From Caecitellus pseudoparvulus (lineage: Eukaryota > Protista > Bigyra: Bicosoecida), in contig CBFFRQ010000068.1 in NCBI GenBank assembly GCA_965644315.1, positions 1 to 64,000 on the forward strand: DNA of 64,000 bases, given 5' to 3'. This document shows positions 53,378 through 64,000 of the stretch, piece by piece. Under the pieces are notes generated by a model. The model had not been told where the DNA came from. It did not search any database and saw only the letters and a program-made list of their open reading frames with translations. The position numbers and the translations under genes were made by a program. Within the stretch, counting starts at the first letter, position 1; every line of letters starts with the position of its first letter.

Positions 53378-56300
53378 ATGGCAGCGGATCTCCAGGCTCG
53401 AAGGTCAGCCATTCAGAGCAGAGTGAGTGGCTTCGTCGCATGCGACGCCAAACGCGCCGGCACGCTGCACTCCTTCGGCACTCAGGTGAAGAACTTGAGC
53501 ACCTCTGTGCTGAACCTAGATGATGATGCTGGACAGGGCTCTGCTGGCAGCGATGATGATGATGCCTTCATGTCTCCCTTGCCGCGATCCCAGCGCCCGT
53601 CCACCACAAGGGCTCGGTCCGGCAGATCAGCCAGCGTTGCTGATGCACGCCCGGCCTCGGCGCGCTTCTCACGAGGCATGCCACCCTCCATCCTCAGCAT
53701 TGATGCTGGTAACGATGATAGCGACGGCGGCGCCATTCCCCGCACCATCAGCCCTCCCCGGCGCCAAGTGCGATCCGTGTCTGCAGCTGGAGCTGGACGC
53801 GCGCGCCGCTTCTCCATCGCCGACTTCCGCAAGGAACGGGCCAAGAAGGACAAGGAGTTCCAAGCAAAGCGCAAGGCTGTGGCGGATGGTGCGCCTGCCG
53901 CTGCCGCCGGCGCGTCGGCATCGAACTCGGCTGCAGATCAACAGGCCAAGCACACCGAAGACAGCACGCCGACTGCTTCCCCTGCTGTGCCTGCCTCTCC
54001 TTCCCGCGGGTCCCCCCCCCGCAGATCTCCCTCTCCATCGCGAAGCATTGGAGCGGGGAGCACGGGCAGTCGAAGGTCCTTCGCTGGGGGGCTGGCCGCC
54101 CTTGGCATCGGCGACGTGCCGTCCGACGAAGATGAGGAGTCGGGAGATGCGGTAGATGCTGTCTCCTTCCTCACCTCCCGCCGCCCCAGCTCAGCCCGAC
54201 GCGGCCGAGCCCAAGAGGGCGACGCTGCCACCCTTTCCACGGCTGATGCAACACGGGCCTCGTCAGAAGAGGCAGCTAAACCCCCTCCCGCGTCCCTCTC
54301 GGCGGGAGGCTCCGCGACGCCACGTGCCAAACCCTCGGCCAGCATCGCACCTGCGCGCAGGCCTGTGCAAAGTGAGCAACCCAAGCCATCAGTGCTGTTT
54401 GACGTTGTTCCGGAGGCTAAACCGCCTGCACCTGCTCCAGCGCCAGTGCCTGAGCCAGCTCCAGCTCCTGCGCCTGAGCCTACACCAGCGCCAGCTCCAG
54501 CTCCTGCGCCTGAGCCTACACCAGCGCCTGCGCCTGCGCCTGCTCCTGAGCCCGCTCCAGCGCCAGTGCCTGCTCCTGCGCCCGCTCCTGCTCGTGCTCC
54601 TGAGCCCGCTCCAGCGCCAGCTCCTGAGCCTTCTCCAGCTCCTGCTCCAACTCAATCTCAAGCAGACGAACTAAATGACCCGCCCAGTGCAACAGAAAGT
54701 GTTCCAGATTCAGAAGGCCCTGGCAGGGAGAGGTCCGGCAGCGTGAGTAGCCGCCGCCCCGACCTGCTCCTGACCATCCCAGTCACTCCCCACACGCCGA
54801 CAGCCAAGGCATTCAACCTTCATGGCGCACAGCCCGAGACAACTCACGCTGTATCCACACCAGCTGCGCCGGAGGGCGCCACCGCCCTGCGGCTTCGAGT
54901 GGGCAGCACCACTAGCACAAGCTCAGCAGACAAGCCCAGGCCCGGCCCACCGCCCGGGAAACCGAGTCCCGCAGCAGGGAAGCAGCAGCCAGCTGCCCCA
55001 CCGGGGACATCCCCTCGCTCCAGCAGTGGTTCAAGGACGCTGTCCCCCGCACAGGCCCCTGGCCTCACGCCCACGAGCTCCAGGGCTCCCAGTGGACATG
55101 CCACACGTCGGGGCGTCCTGTCAGCTTTGAAGCAGGCCAACACGCCCTCCACCCCAGCAGCAAAGCGCGCTCTGAGTCACTTCAGTTCCAGCAGTCGTTC
55201 CGTTGGGGCGTTGTCGCCTGTCGTTCCCAGCGACAGGCGCCCCAGCACTGCCCCAGGCGTGCTCAAGGCTTCTCGGAGTGTGTCGTTGGGGGGCGGGGGA
55301 GAGGAGGCGGAGCCTGCCAGGGCGCCCTCACGCTCCAGCGTCACCTTCGCGGAGTCTCCCAGCGTGAGGGAGATCCCCTTGGCATCCAGCAGGCCGCGTG
55401 TTGCCAGCGACTCGTCCAGTGACCTGGACAGCCCTGACTTTGGCAGCGACGACGAAGAGAAGCGGGCGGGCTTCCCGACATCCACCCCGCTGTTCACCCC
55501 TGCCACCAGCACCGCACCAGTTGACCGCGAGGCGTGGAGCAGTGACTCGTCAGAGCCGGGCGACACCCCGCTCGCCAAGGCGGGCCCCACCGTGCGAGCT
55601 CGGACAGACGCGGCAGGGCTGCAGTCGCCCCCAGTGGCGGGCGCCTCCACCTTGGCTTCACCAGACTCCTCCGAGGTTGGGGTGGACTCTGCCCCTGAGC
55701 CTGAGGCGTCCTTTGCAGAAGCCGTCGTGGCACTGACATCTGTCGTGCGGGAGAACAAGGCCCAGGCGTCGCTTCGAGCAGGGACGGCGGCCGCCACGGC
55801 GCAGGAGGGGGGCGAGGACGCGTCAGCACAGGATACGTCCAGCGACAGCAGCAGCCTAGAGGACGCCGATGAAGACTACATGATGGGGCGATCCCCCACT
55901 CCCAAGCGCGCCGGGCAAACTTTCTTTGCGCACGACGAGGAGACGGCCGATGCCATCATCCAGCGCATGCGCCGAGGCTCGGCGTCCAGCGCAGAGGTGG
56001 CAGGTGCGCCAGGTGCGCGGCGGGCCGCACCTGCTCGAGCGTCACGTCCAGCCAGCGCAACCCCCGTGCTTTCGGGGGACCGAAGAAGCAAGCCAGGAGG
56101 GGGCGCACCGACCCAGCATCGTTCCCTGGACCAAGAGTACGAGGCGGCTGGCATCCCCGAGGTGGACGCTGGTGTGGACTCCAGTAGCAGTGATGACGAA
56201 GAGGAACGAGTGTTGTTCCGCTCAGGATCGGTGAAGCGCCACTGGCTGGCTGAGGCGTGGGTGTCGGTGCCGGGGGAGGAGGGGGCGGAGCAGCCTGCCC

Positions 56301-58405
56301 GACCCCCCTCCAGGCTCCCACCCGTCGCCGCCGCCCTGGCCCCGGATTCATCCATGCTAGGCAGCTCGGGAGCACCCTTGCCCAGGGCACAGCCCCGCCT
56401 TCCCGCCCCCCCCACCAGTAGGCCACCCATGCGTGGAGGTGTGCGACGGCGGCCAGCAGGGCAAGGCTCTGCGCTGCTGCCCAGCGCCGCCGCATTGCCA
56501 CTGCAGCCTGATGCGCAGGGTGAGGGCGGCACAGCGCGGTGCAGGGCCCCCGCACGCAGCAGACTGCTGTCCACATCCTCCTTCCGCCTGCAGCGCATGG
56601 CTGGCGGGGGGCACCAAGCGCGGTCCCGACCCACGTCCGCCCCGCCCCCTGCAGGCACCTGGGACGGGCACAGCACTACCCTCCGCAGCACTGCCTCTGC
56701 CAATGCCCCTGGTGCTCTGCCCCTGCCACAGTTCAGGCAGGCGGCCGTGGATGTGGAGGCGCCTCGCTTGTCAGCTGTGCGGCCCCACCTGCGGCGCGTG
56801 GTGCTGCCGCTGGTGGGCGCACTGCAGCAGCACGCTGCCATGTGGGCAGATACCGTGCTGCCATCCATTGTGGAGGGGGCGACAGGGGGGGGGCAGGGCC
56901 TGGCCCTGCTGGACTGCATCCAAGAGCAGGTGGAAGGCAGCTGGGAGGCTGCCATGCAGCCCCTCGAGCAGAGCATTCTGTCCACCACCTGCCAACTGGC
57001 ATCCATCGCCAGTGTGGCAGGGTTGCCGGAGGCACAGGCTCCGCGGGCGTGGGGTGGTGACCCTGACCCAACCTTCCTGCCGCTGGCGATGTTCTGCAGG
57101 CTGGTGGCGCACAGCTACAACAAACTGGCCACCGACGCCATGGGTGAGGGCCGTGTCCTGGCAGCACACGCGTTCCTGGAGGCTGCCGAGGACACCGTGC
57201 GCACGTACGTGTCCCAGTTCAGCCGTCTGCAGCTGGGGCACCTGCTGGCGGCATGGACACTGATGGGGAACCATGGCACGGACCTGGCCCTGGCAGCTCC
57301 ACAGGCGGCTGCAGGGGGGAGCGGCGCTTTCCCTGCCTTGCCACACCGCAAGCGCCCCCCCTCCGCCTCCACCCTCATGGCCGCCCACCCACGCCACCGC
57401 CGGCCTGCGTCAGCCTCCACCACTGGCAGCTTGGGCAGCACCCACCGGCGCAAGGCTGGCAACGTCACTCTGGAATCTGCCGGCCTGGCCTTGCTCAGCG
57501 TGAAGGGCGTGGACCCCGATGACATCGGCCTCCTGCACACCAGCTTCGAGGGGTCGCTGCCGGCAGCCATGAAGGCGTGCTACGAGGGTGCCATGCTGCT
57601 GCAGGCCACGGCAGGTGGCGAGACCTTCTCGCCTGGAGCGCTGGCTGCCCTTGCCGTCACTTACAACAACCTCGGGGTCCTGTTCCACCAACAGGGCTAC
57701 CCCAGCCGGGCCCTGGCCCAGTTCCACCGCGCGCTGGCTGTGGAGGAGGCCATGGGACACATGGCCACGGCAGTTCAGATGGGGCGCCCCAGCCAGGCCC
57801 CCCTGCCCACGCCCGAGGGCGGGGACCACGGCAGCTCGCAGACGCTGGGCAACCTTGCTGCTGTGTACCAGGAAGCTGCCAACGCGCTCGTGGCCCAAGC
57901 GACAGGGGGTCGCGGCGGCGCCCTGCCCAGCGCCAAGCACCCCTTCCCCGGGGCCACCAGACCCCTCAAACAGCCCCCCCGCCGAAGCAGCAGGCGCCAG
58001 GAGTCACATCGGCACGCTGGTGCTCCCCACACTGCTGAGCTGTCCAGGGCTGGCCTCTCCCCACTGCACGCTGTGAGTGCCGGGCGGCGACACATGGCCG
58101 ATGCGCTGTTCCCCCTGGATGAAGAGGGGGGCGTCGGCTCCGACCTTGCCAGCTCGGCGTCAGAGCCAGACTCAGCGGAGCAGGTGCAGCATCCTCCCGC
58201 TCAGAGCGCGCTCACGCCGCCCAGCGCTGGCGCCGGGCAACGACGGGGTGGAGCAGCGCAGCCTGTGCAGTATGCCAGCCCAAAGGCCATGTATGCCAGT
58301 GGCACGTCCCCCGATCCCGCGCGTGCGTCGGCTCGGCATGACCGCCAGTACGCTCGCTTCAGAGGGCATGCCAGCCCAGCGGCAGGCTCGCTGTCCTTCA
58401 GGTAG
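53378..58405 (+). CDS. Large low-complexity (S/P/A-rich) protein with C-terminal TPR-like repeats
   Basis: 1675-aa ORF; ALAVTYNNLGVLFHQQGYPSRALAQFHRALAVEE and QTLGNLAAVYQ are TPR-like. Confidence 0.7.
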   Translation: MAADLQARRSAIQSRVSGFVACDAKRAGTLHSFGTQVKNLSTSVLNLDDDAGQGSAGSDDDDAFMSPLPRSQRPSTTRARSGRSASVADARPASARFSRGMPPSILSIDAGNDDSDGGAIPRTISPPRRQVRSVSAAGAGRARRFSIADFRKERAKKDKEFQAKRKAVADGAPAAAAGASASNSAADQQAKHTEDSTPTASPAVPASPSRGSPPRRSPSPSRSIGAGSTGSRRSFAGGLAALGIGDVPSDEDEESGDAVDAVSFLTSRRPSSARRGRAQEGDAATLSTADATRASSEEAAKPPPASLSAGGSATPRAKPSASIAPARRPVQSEQPKPSVLFDVVPEAKPPAPAPAPVPEPAPAPAPEPTPAPAPAPAPEPTPAPAPAPAPEPAPAPVPAPAPAPARAPEPAPAPAPEPSPAPAPTQSQADELNDPPSATESVPDSEGPGRERSGSVSSRRPDLLLTIPVTPHTPTAKAFNLHGAQPETTHAVSTPAAPEGATALRLRVGSTTSTSSADKPRPGPPPGKPSPAAGKQQPAAPPGTSPRSSSGSRTLSPAQAPGLTPTSSRAPSGHATRRGVLSALKQANTPSTPAAKRALSHFSSSSRSVGALSPVVPSDRRPSTAPGVLKASRSVSLGGGGEEAEPARAPSRSSVTFAESPSVREIPLASSRPRVASDSSSDLDSPDFGSDDEEKRAGFPTSTPLFTPATSTAPVDREAWSSDSSEPGDTPLAKAGPTVRARTDAAGLQSPPVAGASTLASPDSSEVGVDSAPEPEASFAEAVVALTSVVRENKAQASLRAGTAAATAQEGGEDASAQDTSSDSSSLEDADEDYMMGRSPTPKRAGQTFFAHDEETADAIIQRMRRGSASSAEVAGAPGARRAAPARASRPASATPVLSGDRRSKPGGGAPTQHRSLDQEYEAAGIPEVDAGVDSSSSDDEEERVLFRSGSVKRHWLAEAWVSVPGEEGAEQPARPPSRLPPVAAALAPDSSMLGSSGAPLPRAQPRLPAPPTSRPPMRGGVRRRPAGQGSALLPSAAALPLQPDAQGEGGTARCRAPARSRLLSTSSFRLQRMAGGGHQARSRPTSAPPPAGTWDGHSTTLRSTASANAPGALPLPQFRQAAVDVEAPRLSAVRPHLRRVVLPLVGALQQHAAMWADTVLPSIVEGATGGGQGLALLDCIQEQVEGSWEAAMQPLEQSILSTTCQLASIASVAGLPEAQAPRAWGGDPDPTFLPLAMFCRLVAHSYNKLATDAMGEGRVLAAHAFLEAAEDTVRTYVSQFSRLQLGHLLAAWTLMGNHGTDLALAAPQAAAGGSGAFPALPHRKRPPSASTLMAAHPRHRRPASASTTGSLGSTHRRKAGNVTLESAGLALLSVKGVDPDDIGLLHTSFEGSLPAAMKACYEGAMLLQATAGGETFSPGALAALAVTYNNLGVLFHQQGYPSRALAQFHRALAVEEAMGHMATAVQMGRPSQAPLPTPEGGDHGSSQTLGNLAAVYQEAANALVAQATGGRGGALPSAKHPFPGATRPLKQPPRRSSRRQESHRHAGAPHTAELSRAGLSPLHAVSAGRRHMADALFPLDEEGGVGSDLASSASEPDSAEQVQHPPAQSALTPPSAGAGQRRGGAAQPVQYASPKAMYASGTSPDPARASARHDRQYARFRGHASPAAGSLSFR
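54423..54650 (+). repeat. Coding (PA/PE/PT)n repeat
   Basis: PAPAPAPVPEPAPAPAPEPTPAPAP.. encoded by reiterated cctgctccagcgcca/cctgagcc units. Confidence 0.9.
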
Positions 58406-58695
58406 CTTGCTTGGTGGCGGGGGTGGCAGCGAACCCCCCCCTTGCTCAATGCAGCACCCCCTATTCACTCCTGGCAACACGGTGCACGCCCTGCCCCAAT
58501 TCAGCCCGCGCGCACCTCTGCTCCCTCTCACCATGAGCATGTTTCTGCATTAGCAGAAGCACAGAACAATAGGTGCTCCTTTTCCCGCAGAGTGCAAGCA
58601 AACTCGTGTCGCTGGCTCTCCCACCGGACGCCCAGGCCGCCTCTAAAAAGCCGCCAAAAGCGGACCATCCCACCCTTGCAACCACCTGACCACGC

Positions 58696-60474
58696 ATGGC
58701 TTGCCTCCTGCGCCGTGCCGTCGGAGTGGCGCGGGGCAACGTCAGTGGCGCAGGGCAACTTCGAAATTCCGCACCCGCCCTCGCCGCCCTGCTGGACTGT
58801 CGACTGAGCACAGAGGCGCCCTGGACGCTGCCACAGCTGCCATCACCACTTCCCATGCGGCCATACCATGTCGTTCCAGGCAAGGACAAGCCCCTGCGCA
58901 AGGACAGCAGGGCGCCGCCCAAGCGCCGTGCCGGCTCCCGATCTGGCGGTGTGAACGCCGCCCTCACCAGCGCCCTGGACATGGTGCTGCGCAAGGGCGT
59001 GCAGCCACACTCGTACCTCATGCCACAGGGCTCCATTTTGGGCGACGTTGTGCACGCCTTTGTCGAGCGGCGCATCGGGCACGTGCTGCTGCAGGACGGC
59101 AGCGGCAAAGTGACGGGCATGGTCACGGCGCGGGACGTGCTGCGCGCCATGGACAAGCACGTGCACGGCATGGGCATGGGGGACGTCTTCAAGCGCCCAG
59201 TGGACGAGTTCGCCACCCCATCTAGCGCCCTGGTGCATGCCGAGTACGACGACCCCCTGCAAACGTGCGCCCTCATCATGTCTGAGGTGAAGGTGCGGGT
59301 GCTGCCAGTGCTGAAGGAGGGCGTGCTGCTGGGCGTCATCACCCTCAAGGACATCGCCGATGGCGTCAACCGCAACTTGACGGGCGGCAAGGACACATAC
59401 GTCCGCCACGTGCTGCCCCGCCGGGGCGGCACCATCACCGCCATGGACGGCCGCCTGGACGCCGCCCACCTGCCCAAGTCCCTCTCCCACGCCGTGGGGC
59501 CAGCGGCCTTCCCTGGTGCCTTCCCTGCGCCGCAGGAGAAGCGCACCCTGCCCCGCCTGACCCTGCACACGGGCGCCATGTGCATTCCCGGGCCGGGCAA
59601 GGCTGTCGCAGAGGACGCTCACTTCGTCAGCCACCAGGCGTGGGAGCACCAGGCAGCAGACTTTGCGACGTTCCTGGGCGTGGCTGACGGCGTGGGGTCC
59701 TGGGCCATGCGGGGGGTGGACCCGGCTGCCTTTGCTGGGCGGCTGATGCAGGCTGTGCAGGAGGCCGTGTCTCGTGCGTCGGGCGTGGGTGTGGACCCGC
59801 CCAGCCCCATCGACCTGCTCATGCAGGCGTGGCAGAGCACTCTGGCTGAGCGGGTAGTGGGCAGCAGCACCGCCCTCGTGGCGTCCCTGGACCACACCTA
59901 CAACCAGTTCGCCACTGCCAACCTCGGCGACAGCGGCGCCCTGGTGCTGCGCCTGGTGGACGACCCCGCCACCCTGGGCTCCATGCAGCTGGGGCGAGAG
60001 GGCGCTGACGAACACGACTGGGAGGTTGTCTTCCGCACTGGCCAGCAGCTGCACGGCTTCAACCAGCCCTTCCAACTGGGCTTCGATGACGAGGCGCCGT
60101 CGGGGGAGATCTGCTTCGACCGCCCTGAGGCTGCCGACGTCGCCCGCACGCCCGTGCAGAGCGGGGACATCATCATCCTCGCCTCAGACGGCCTCTTCGA
60201 CAACATGCACGAGGCAGAGCTGCTGGATGTCGTGCAGGCGTGGCACAACGCACGCGCGGCGCCCGAGGACAGCGTCCCAGCCCAGCCCCGGCCCAGCGAC
60301 TCGGTGCAGGCGCTCGCCTCGCAGCTGGCCAGCAAGGCCCAAGCCCTCAGCATGGACAGCGACCGAGACAGCCCCTTCGCGGTGCTGGCCAAAGACAACG
60401 ACATCCTCTGGTCTCATGGGGGGCGCATGGATGACATCACGGTGCTGTGCGCAGAGGTGCGCACTGTGGAGTGA
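58696..60474 (+). CDS. CBS-pair + PTC7-type PP2C phosphatase fusion, probably mitochondrial
   Basis: Arg-rich presequence; CBS pair (RIGHVLL..GKVTGMVTARDVL; VRVLPVL..GVLLGVITLKDI); PP2C motifs EDAHF, GVADGVGSW, GSSTA, ANLGDSG, FNQPFQLG, ASDGLFDN, GGRMDDITV. Confidence 0.92.
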   Translation: MACLLRRAVGVARGNVSGAGQLRNSAPALAALLDCRLSTEAPWTLPQLPSPLPMRPYHVVPGKDKPLRKDSRAPPKRRAGSRSGGVNAALTSALDMVLRKGVQPHSYLMPQGSILGDVVHAFVERRIGHVLLQDGSGKVTGMVTARDVLRAMDKHVHGMGMGDVFKRPVDEFATPSSALVHAEYDDPLQTCALIMSEVKVRVLPVLKEGVLLGVITLKDIADGVNRNLTGGKDTYVRHVLPRRGGTITAMDGRLDAAHLPKSLSHAVGPAAFPGAFPAPQEKRTLPRLTLHTGAMCIPGPGKAVAEDAHFVSHQAWEHQAADFATFLGVADGVGSWAMRGVDPAAFAGRLMQAVQEAVSRASGVGVDPPSPIDLLMQAWQSTLAERVVGSSTALVASLDHTYNQFATANLGDSGALVLRLVDDPATLGSMQLGREGADEHDWEVVFRTGQQLHGFNQPFQLGFDDEAPSGEICFDRPEAADVARTPVQSGDIIILASDGLFDNMHEAELLDVVQAWHNARAAPEDSVPAQPRPSDSVQALASQLASKAQALSMDSDRDSPFAVLAKDNDILWSHGGRMDDITVLCAEVRTVE

Positions 60475-60711
60475 GGGGGGGTGGCAGACTCGAGAGAGGG
60501 GGGGGGGGCACGCTCCTTCCACAAGCCCGACCCTGGCAAAAACCAAACACACTCCGACCCCCGAATGTACATTATGCGCATCGCACCAAGATTATCTACC
60601 TGAATCTCTACACTTCAAGCACACCTAGCCAGCTCTCATTGAGGCGGCACCCGCACCGGTATCGAACGTTCCAGAAACCACCCACCGGCGCCACCCCAAT
60701 CTTCGACCACC

Positions 60712-63700
60712 ATGTCGAACTTCGACCCATCGCGATTCACGGAGCGAGTGAACGGAGTCCTCCGCGCCGCCATTGACACGGCCCTCGCCAAGGCCAGCTC
60801 CCAAGGAGCCACACCATTGCACGTGTTTCAGGCGCTGCTCGCGGACGATGCCGCATTTGCAAGGCGAGTCCTCACCAAGGCAGGCGTGGATGCAGAGAGC
60901 TTGATTGCAAAGACAGAGACGGCAGTGGCAAGCTTGCCGCAGCAATCACCCCCTCCAAGTGAAGCGCTGCCCAACAGCGCTCTCGTCAAGGTCCTGCGAT
61001 CAGCTGAGACCGCCGCCAAAGCCAACGGCGACACAGTCACTGCTCTGGACAGCCTCTTCAAAGCTCTACTGAATGATGTACGTTCCAGTGCCCTGTGTAC
61101 CTTCTCGCTGGCCGCACCGCAGCCAGCGAGCTGCGTGGTGTGCGCTTGATGCGCGAGCGTTTCTGCCGTTGGCTCTGTCGAACTTTCCCCGCCTTCCATC
61201 GCAGGCGAGCGTGAAGAAGGTCCTAAAATCCCAAGGCGGTGCACCAAGCAGTGCCATTTTGGATGCCATCAACTCTAGCCGACCATCGAAGCCTCTCACA
61301 TCGTGCGTGCACGTGGCGCCAGTCGACGCTGGCGGCACCCTCAGCTGAAAGCTCACTCCGCACTCACCCCCCCCCCTTTCCCCCGCCGCTTCACAGGAAG
61401 GCTGCCGAGGGCACCTTTGAAGCTCTGCAGCAGTATGGGACAGACCTCACACAACTGGCAGCCGACGGCAAGCTCCCGCCAGTCATCGGGCGCGATGAGG
61501 AGATCCGGCGCTGCATCAGGGTGCTGTCACGGAAGACCAAGAACAACCCCGTGCTAATTGGCGAGCCGGGGACAGGCAAGACAGCCATCGTCGAAGGCCT
61601 AGCACAGCGTATCGTGATGGGGGACGTCCCCCACACGCTGGCGTGCAAGCTCATCTCCCTGGACATGGGCAGCCTTATCGCCGGCGCCAAGTACCGCGGC
61701 GAGTTTGAGGAGCGCCTGAAGGCCGTGCTGGGCGAAGTGAAGGCTGCAGAGGGCAACGTCATCCTCTTCATCGACGAATTGCACCTGGTCATTGGCGCCG
61801 GTAAGACTGAAGGTGCCATGGATGCCAGCAACCTGCTGAAGCCGATGCTGGCACGGGGTGAGCTGCGTCTACTGGGTGCAACCACCCTTGCTGAGTACCG
61901 GCAGCACGTGGAGAAGGATGCTGCCTTTGAGCGCCGCTTCCAGCAGGTGTACGTGGCTGAACCCAGTGTGGAGGACACCGTCTCCATCTTGCGCGGCGTG
62001 AAGGATTCGTACGAGACGCACCATGGTGTGCGCATCTTGGACTCCGCTCTCGTCCTGGCAGCCAAGCTGGCCGACAGGTACATCACGAACCGCTTCCAAC
62101 CCGACAAGTCCCTGGACCTCGTGGACGAAGCCTGTGCCAGCATTCGAGTGCAGCTGGACTCCCAGCCAGAGCTCATTGATCGCTTGGAGCGGCGCCAGCT
62201 GCAGCTGGAGGTGGAAGCCACCGCCCTGGCAGTGGAGAAGGACGCCGGCAGTAAGGACCGCCTGGCCAAGGTGCAGGAGGAGCTAGCATCCGTAAAGGAG
62301 CGCCTTGCGCCTCTCCGACTCAAGTATGAGGAGGAGCGCAGCCGAGTGGACAGCGTGCGCAAGCTGCAGCAGAAGCTCGCCGACACGAAGCACAAGCTGG
62401 AGGTCGCGCGCCGGGAAGGCAACACAAGCAAGGTTGCAGACCTGCAGTATGGTGCGCTGCCACAGCTGGAGGCAGACCTGGCCCGCATGTCGGCAGCTGC
62501 AGCAAAGGAGACGGCCGCCGTGGAGGCGGCGGTGGCAGCGGGAGATGAAAGCGCGGCACCCATGTTGTCGGAGGTAGTCACGCCTGAACACATCGCCACG
62601 GTGGTGTCCCGCGCCACAGGCATCCCCCTGTCCAAGATGCTGTCATCTGAGCGCGAACGACTGCTGAACCTGTCGTCGTCGTTGCACGCCCGCGTTGTGG
62701 GGCAGGACAGCGCTGTGGATGCGGTTGCGGACGCCATCATGCGCAGCCGCGCTGGCATGTCGGACGCAGGGCGACCCACGGGCAGTTTCTTGTTCCTGGG
62801 CCCCACTGGCGTCGGCAAGACTGAGCTAGCCAAGGCACTCGCGTGGGAGCTGTTTGACGATGAAAAGCACATCGTTCGTGTGGACATGAGCGAGTACAAC
62901 ACAGAACACACGGTGAGCAGGCTGGTCGGTGCTCCGCCTGGCTATGTCGGCCACGAATCAGGCGGTGCACTCACCGAGGCGGTGCGCCGGCGCCCCTACT
63001 CCCTCGTGCTCCTGGACGAAATCGAGAAAGCCCACCCGCGCGTCATGAACGTGCTGCTGCAAATGCTGGACGACGGGCGGTTGACGGACGGACAGGGACG
63101 CACCGTGGACTTCTCCAGCACGGTCGTCATCATGACGAGCAACTTGGGCGCGCAGCACCTGCTGGAAGACGCCATGCGCCGCCAAGCTGCAGCCCCAACC
63201 TCCAAGCGCCCCCGCAGCTCGGAATCAGGGGACGTCGGCGAGTCCGTGGAAGCTGGCATCTCGCCAGAGACGGAGGAGGCTGTCATGTCGGAAGTGCGTG
63301 CATTCCTCACGCCTGAGCTGCTCAACCGCTTCGACGAGGTGGTCATGTTCCAGTCCCTCACCCGGGCTCACCTGAGAGGCATCCTGCGTCTCCAGGTCAA
63401 GGGCTTGGCGAAGCGCCTGGCAGAGCGACACATCACGCTCACACTTGGGGACGATGCCCTGGACGCCATCATTGCGGCAGTCTACTCCCCAGCTTATGGT
63501 GCACGGCCCCTGCGGCGCTGGATGGAGAAGCACATCGCCACAGCACTTTCACGCCTCATCGTCAGTGGGCAGCTGCCAGATCACAGCACGGTGCATGCCT
63601 CCCTTGCTACCGAAACAGATGGTGCTGCCGCAGCCCCAGACGCTCGTCGAGGCGGGCTTGTCGGGGGCAAGGTCCCGCTTGCCTTTACCGTGGAGCCGGC

Positions 63701-63800
63701 AGCCTCTGCTGGAGCTGCAGGGTACAGCTCCCCCATTCCAGCGGACGCAGTTGGGTCCAAGTGGGATGAAGATGGGGACATCACATCCCCCTACCACTAA
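60712..63800 (+). CDS. HSP101: ClpB/Hsp101-Hsp104 AAA+ disaggregase (multi-exon)
   Basis: FDPSRFTE N-domain; [31 protein letters not shown], middle coiled coil, [28 protein letters not shown]. Confidence 0.96.
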
Positions 63801-64000
63801 GGCGCTGGACCTCATGATTAGCATGTGTCCACGGCCCAGGTCATGTTCGAGCGCTGGAGCCTAGCCTGCTGCAGCACTTGCTCCACTTCGGATCTGGTGA
63901 AGGTGCCAAGCCCTGCATGTGCTGCTGATGCCGTGCCTGCAGCCAAACCAAATGCAAATGCATGCCAACTTGGGAGCGTTGTCCACGCCCATGCCATGCT

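Noticed and set aside
27904-60474. Apparent clustering of mitochondrial genes (PDK, PPR-like, DLST, CBS-PTC7)
   Set aside because: They are interspersed with unrelated genes over 30 kb, which is compatible with chance in a compact genome.
1-64000. tRNA, rRNA, snRNA genes and telomeric repeats
   Set aside because: GGTTCGA-like hits (e.g. ~16578, ~39205) lie in coding sequence without cloverleaf context; none supported.

Overview
Eukaryotic, gene-dense, GC-rich (roughly 65% by eye) protist chromosome segment with short GT-AG introns (donors mostly GTGCGT/GTGAGT/GTGTGT). Style and gene content suggest a heterotrophic flagellate, possibly a Cafeteria-like stramenopile (inference only). The first ~10.3 kb is an accessory/mobile zone. 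(i) 1-~2050 is very AT-rich and intronless: three co-oriented minus-strand ORFs, each with TCTA 10-14 nt upstream of the ATG, and the two complete ones ending in AT palindromes. This is giant-virus (Mimiviridae) late-promoter and hairpin-polyadenylation grammar, best explained as the end of an endogenous virophage/Polinton-like or giant-virus-derived element. (ii) A degenerate, probably spliced SLX1-like GIY-YIG gene and a LINE-type C-terminal zinc-knuckle ORF diverge from an AT island. (iii) A ~350-nt chain of stable hairpins at 4973-5315. (iv) An intact, spliced MULE-like DDE transposase gene. From 10.7 kb on are host genes: EF-hand/tandem-SH2 protein, DTD, MscS-like channel, a large Schlafen(AlbA_2)-PDZ protein, a zinc-ribbon protein, WDR74/Nsa1, acylated 5'-nucleotidase-IQ, PDK, tail-anchored LTA4H/M1 peptidase with an (EKAAA)n stalk, a Zn(II)2Cys6 factor split over three exons and invisible in the ORF track, alpha-amylase, a GT-A glycosyltransferase, a MORN protein, SERINC, a multidomain TPPP/p25alpha protein, eIF3j, DLST, a TPR/low-complexity protein, a CBS-PTC7 phosphatase and ClpB/Hsp101. 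AATGCA recurs just downstream of host stop codons and is a candidate lineage-specific polyadenylation signal. All calls come from motif recognition by eye; no searches were run.
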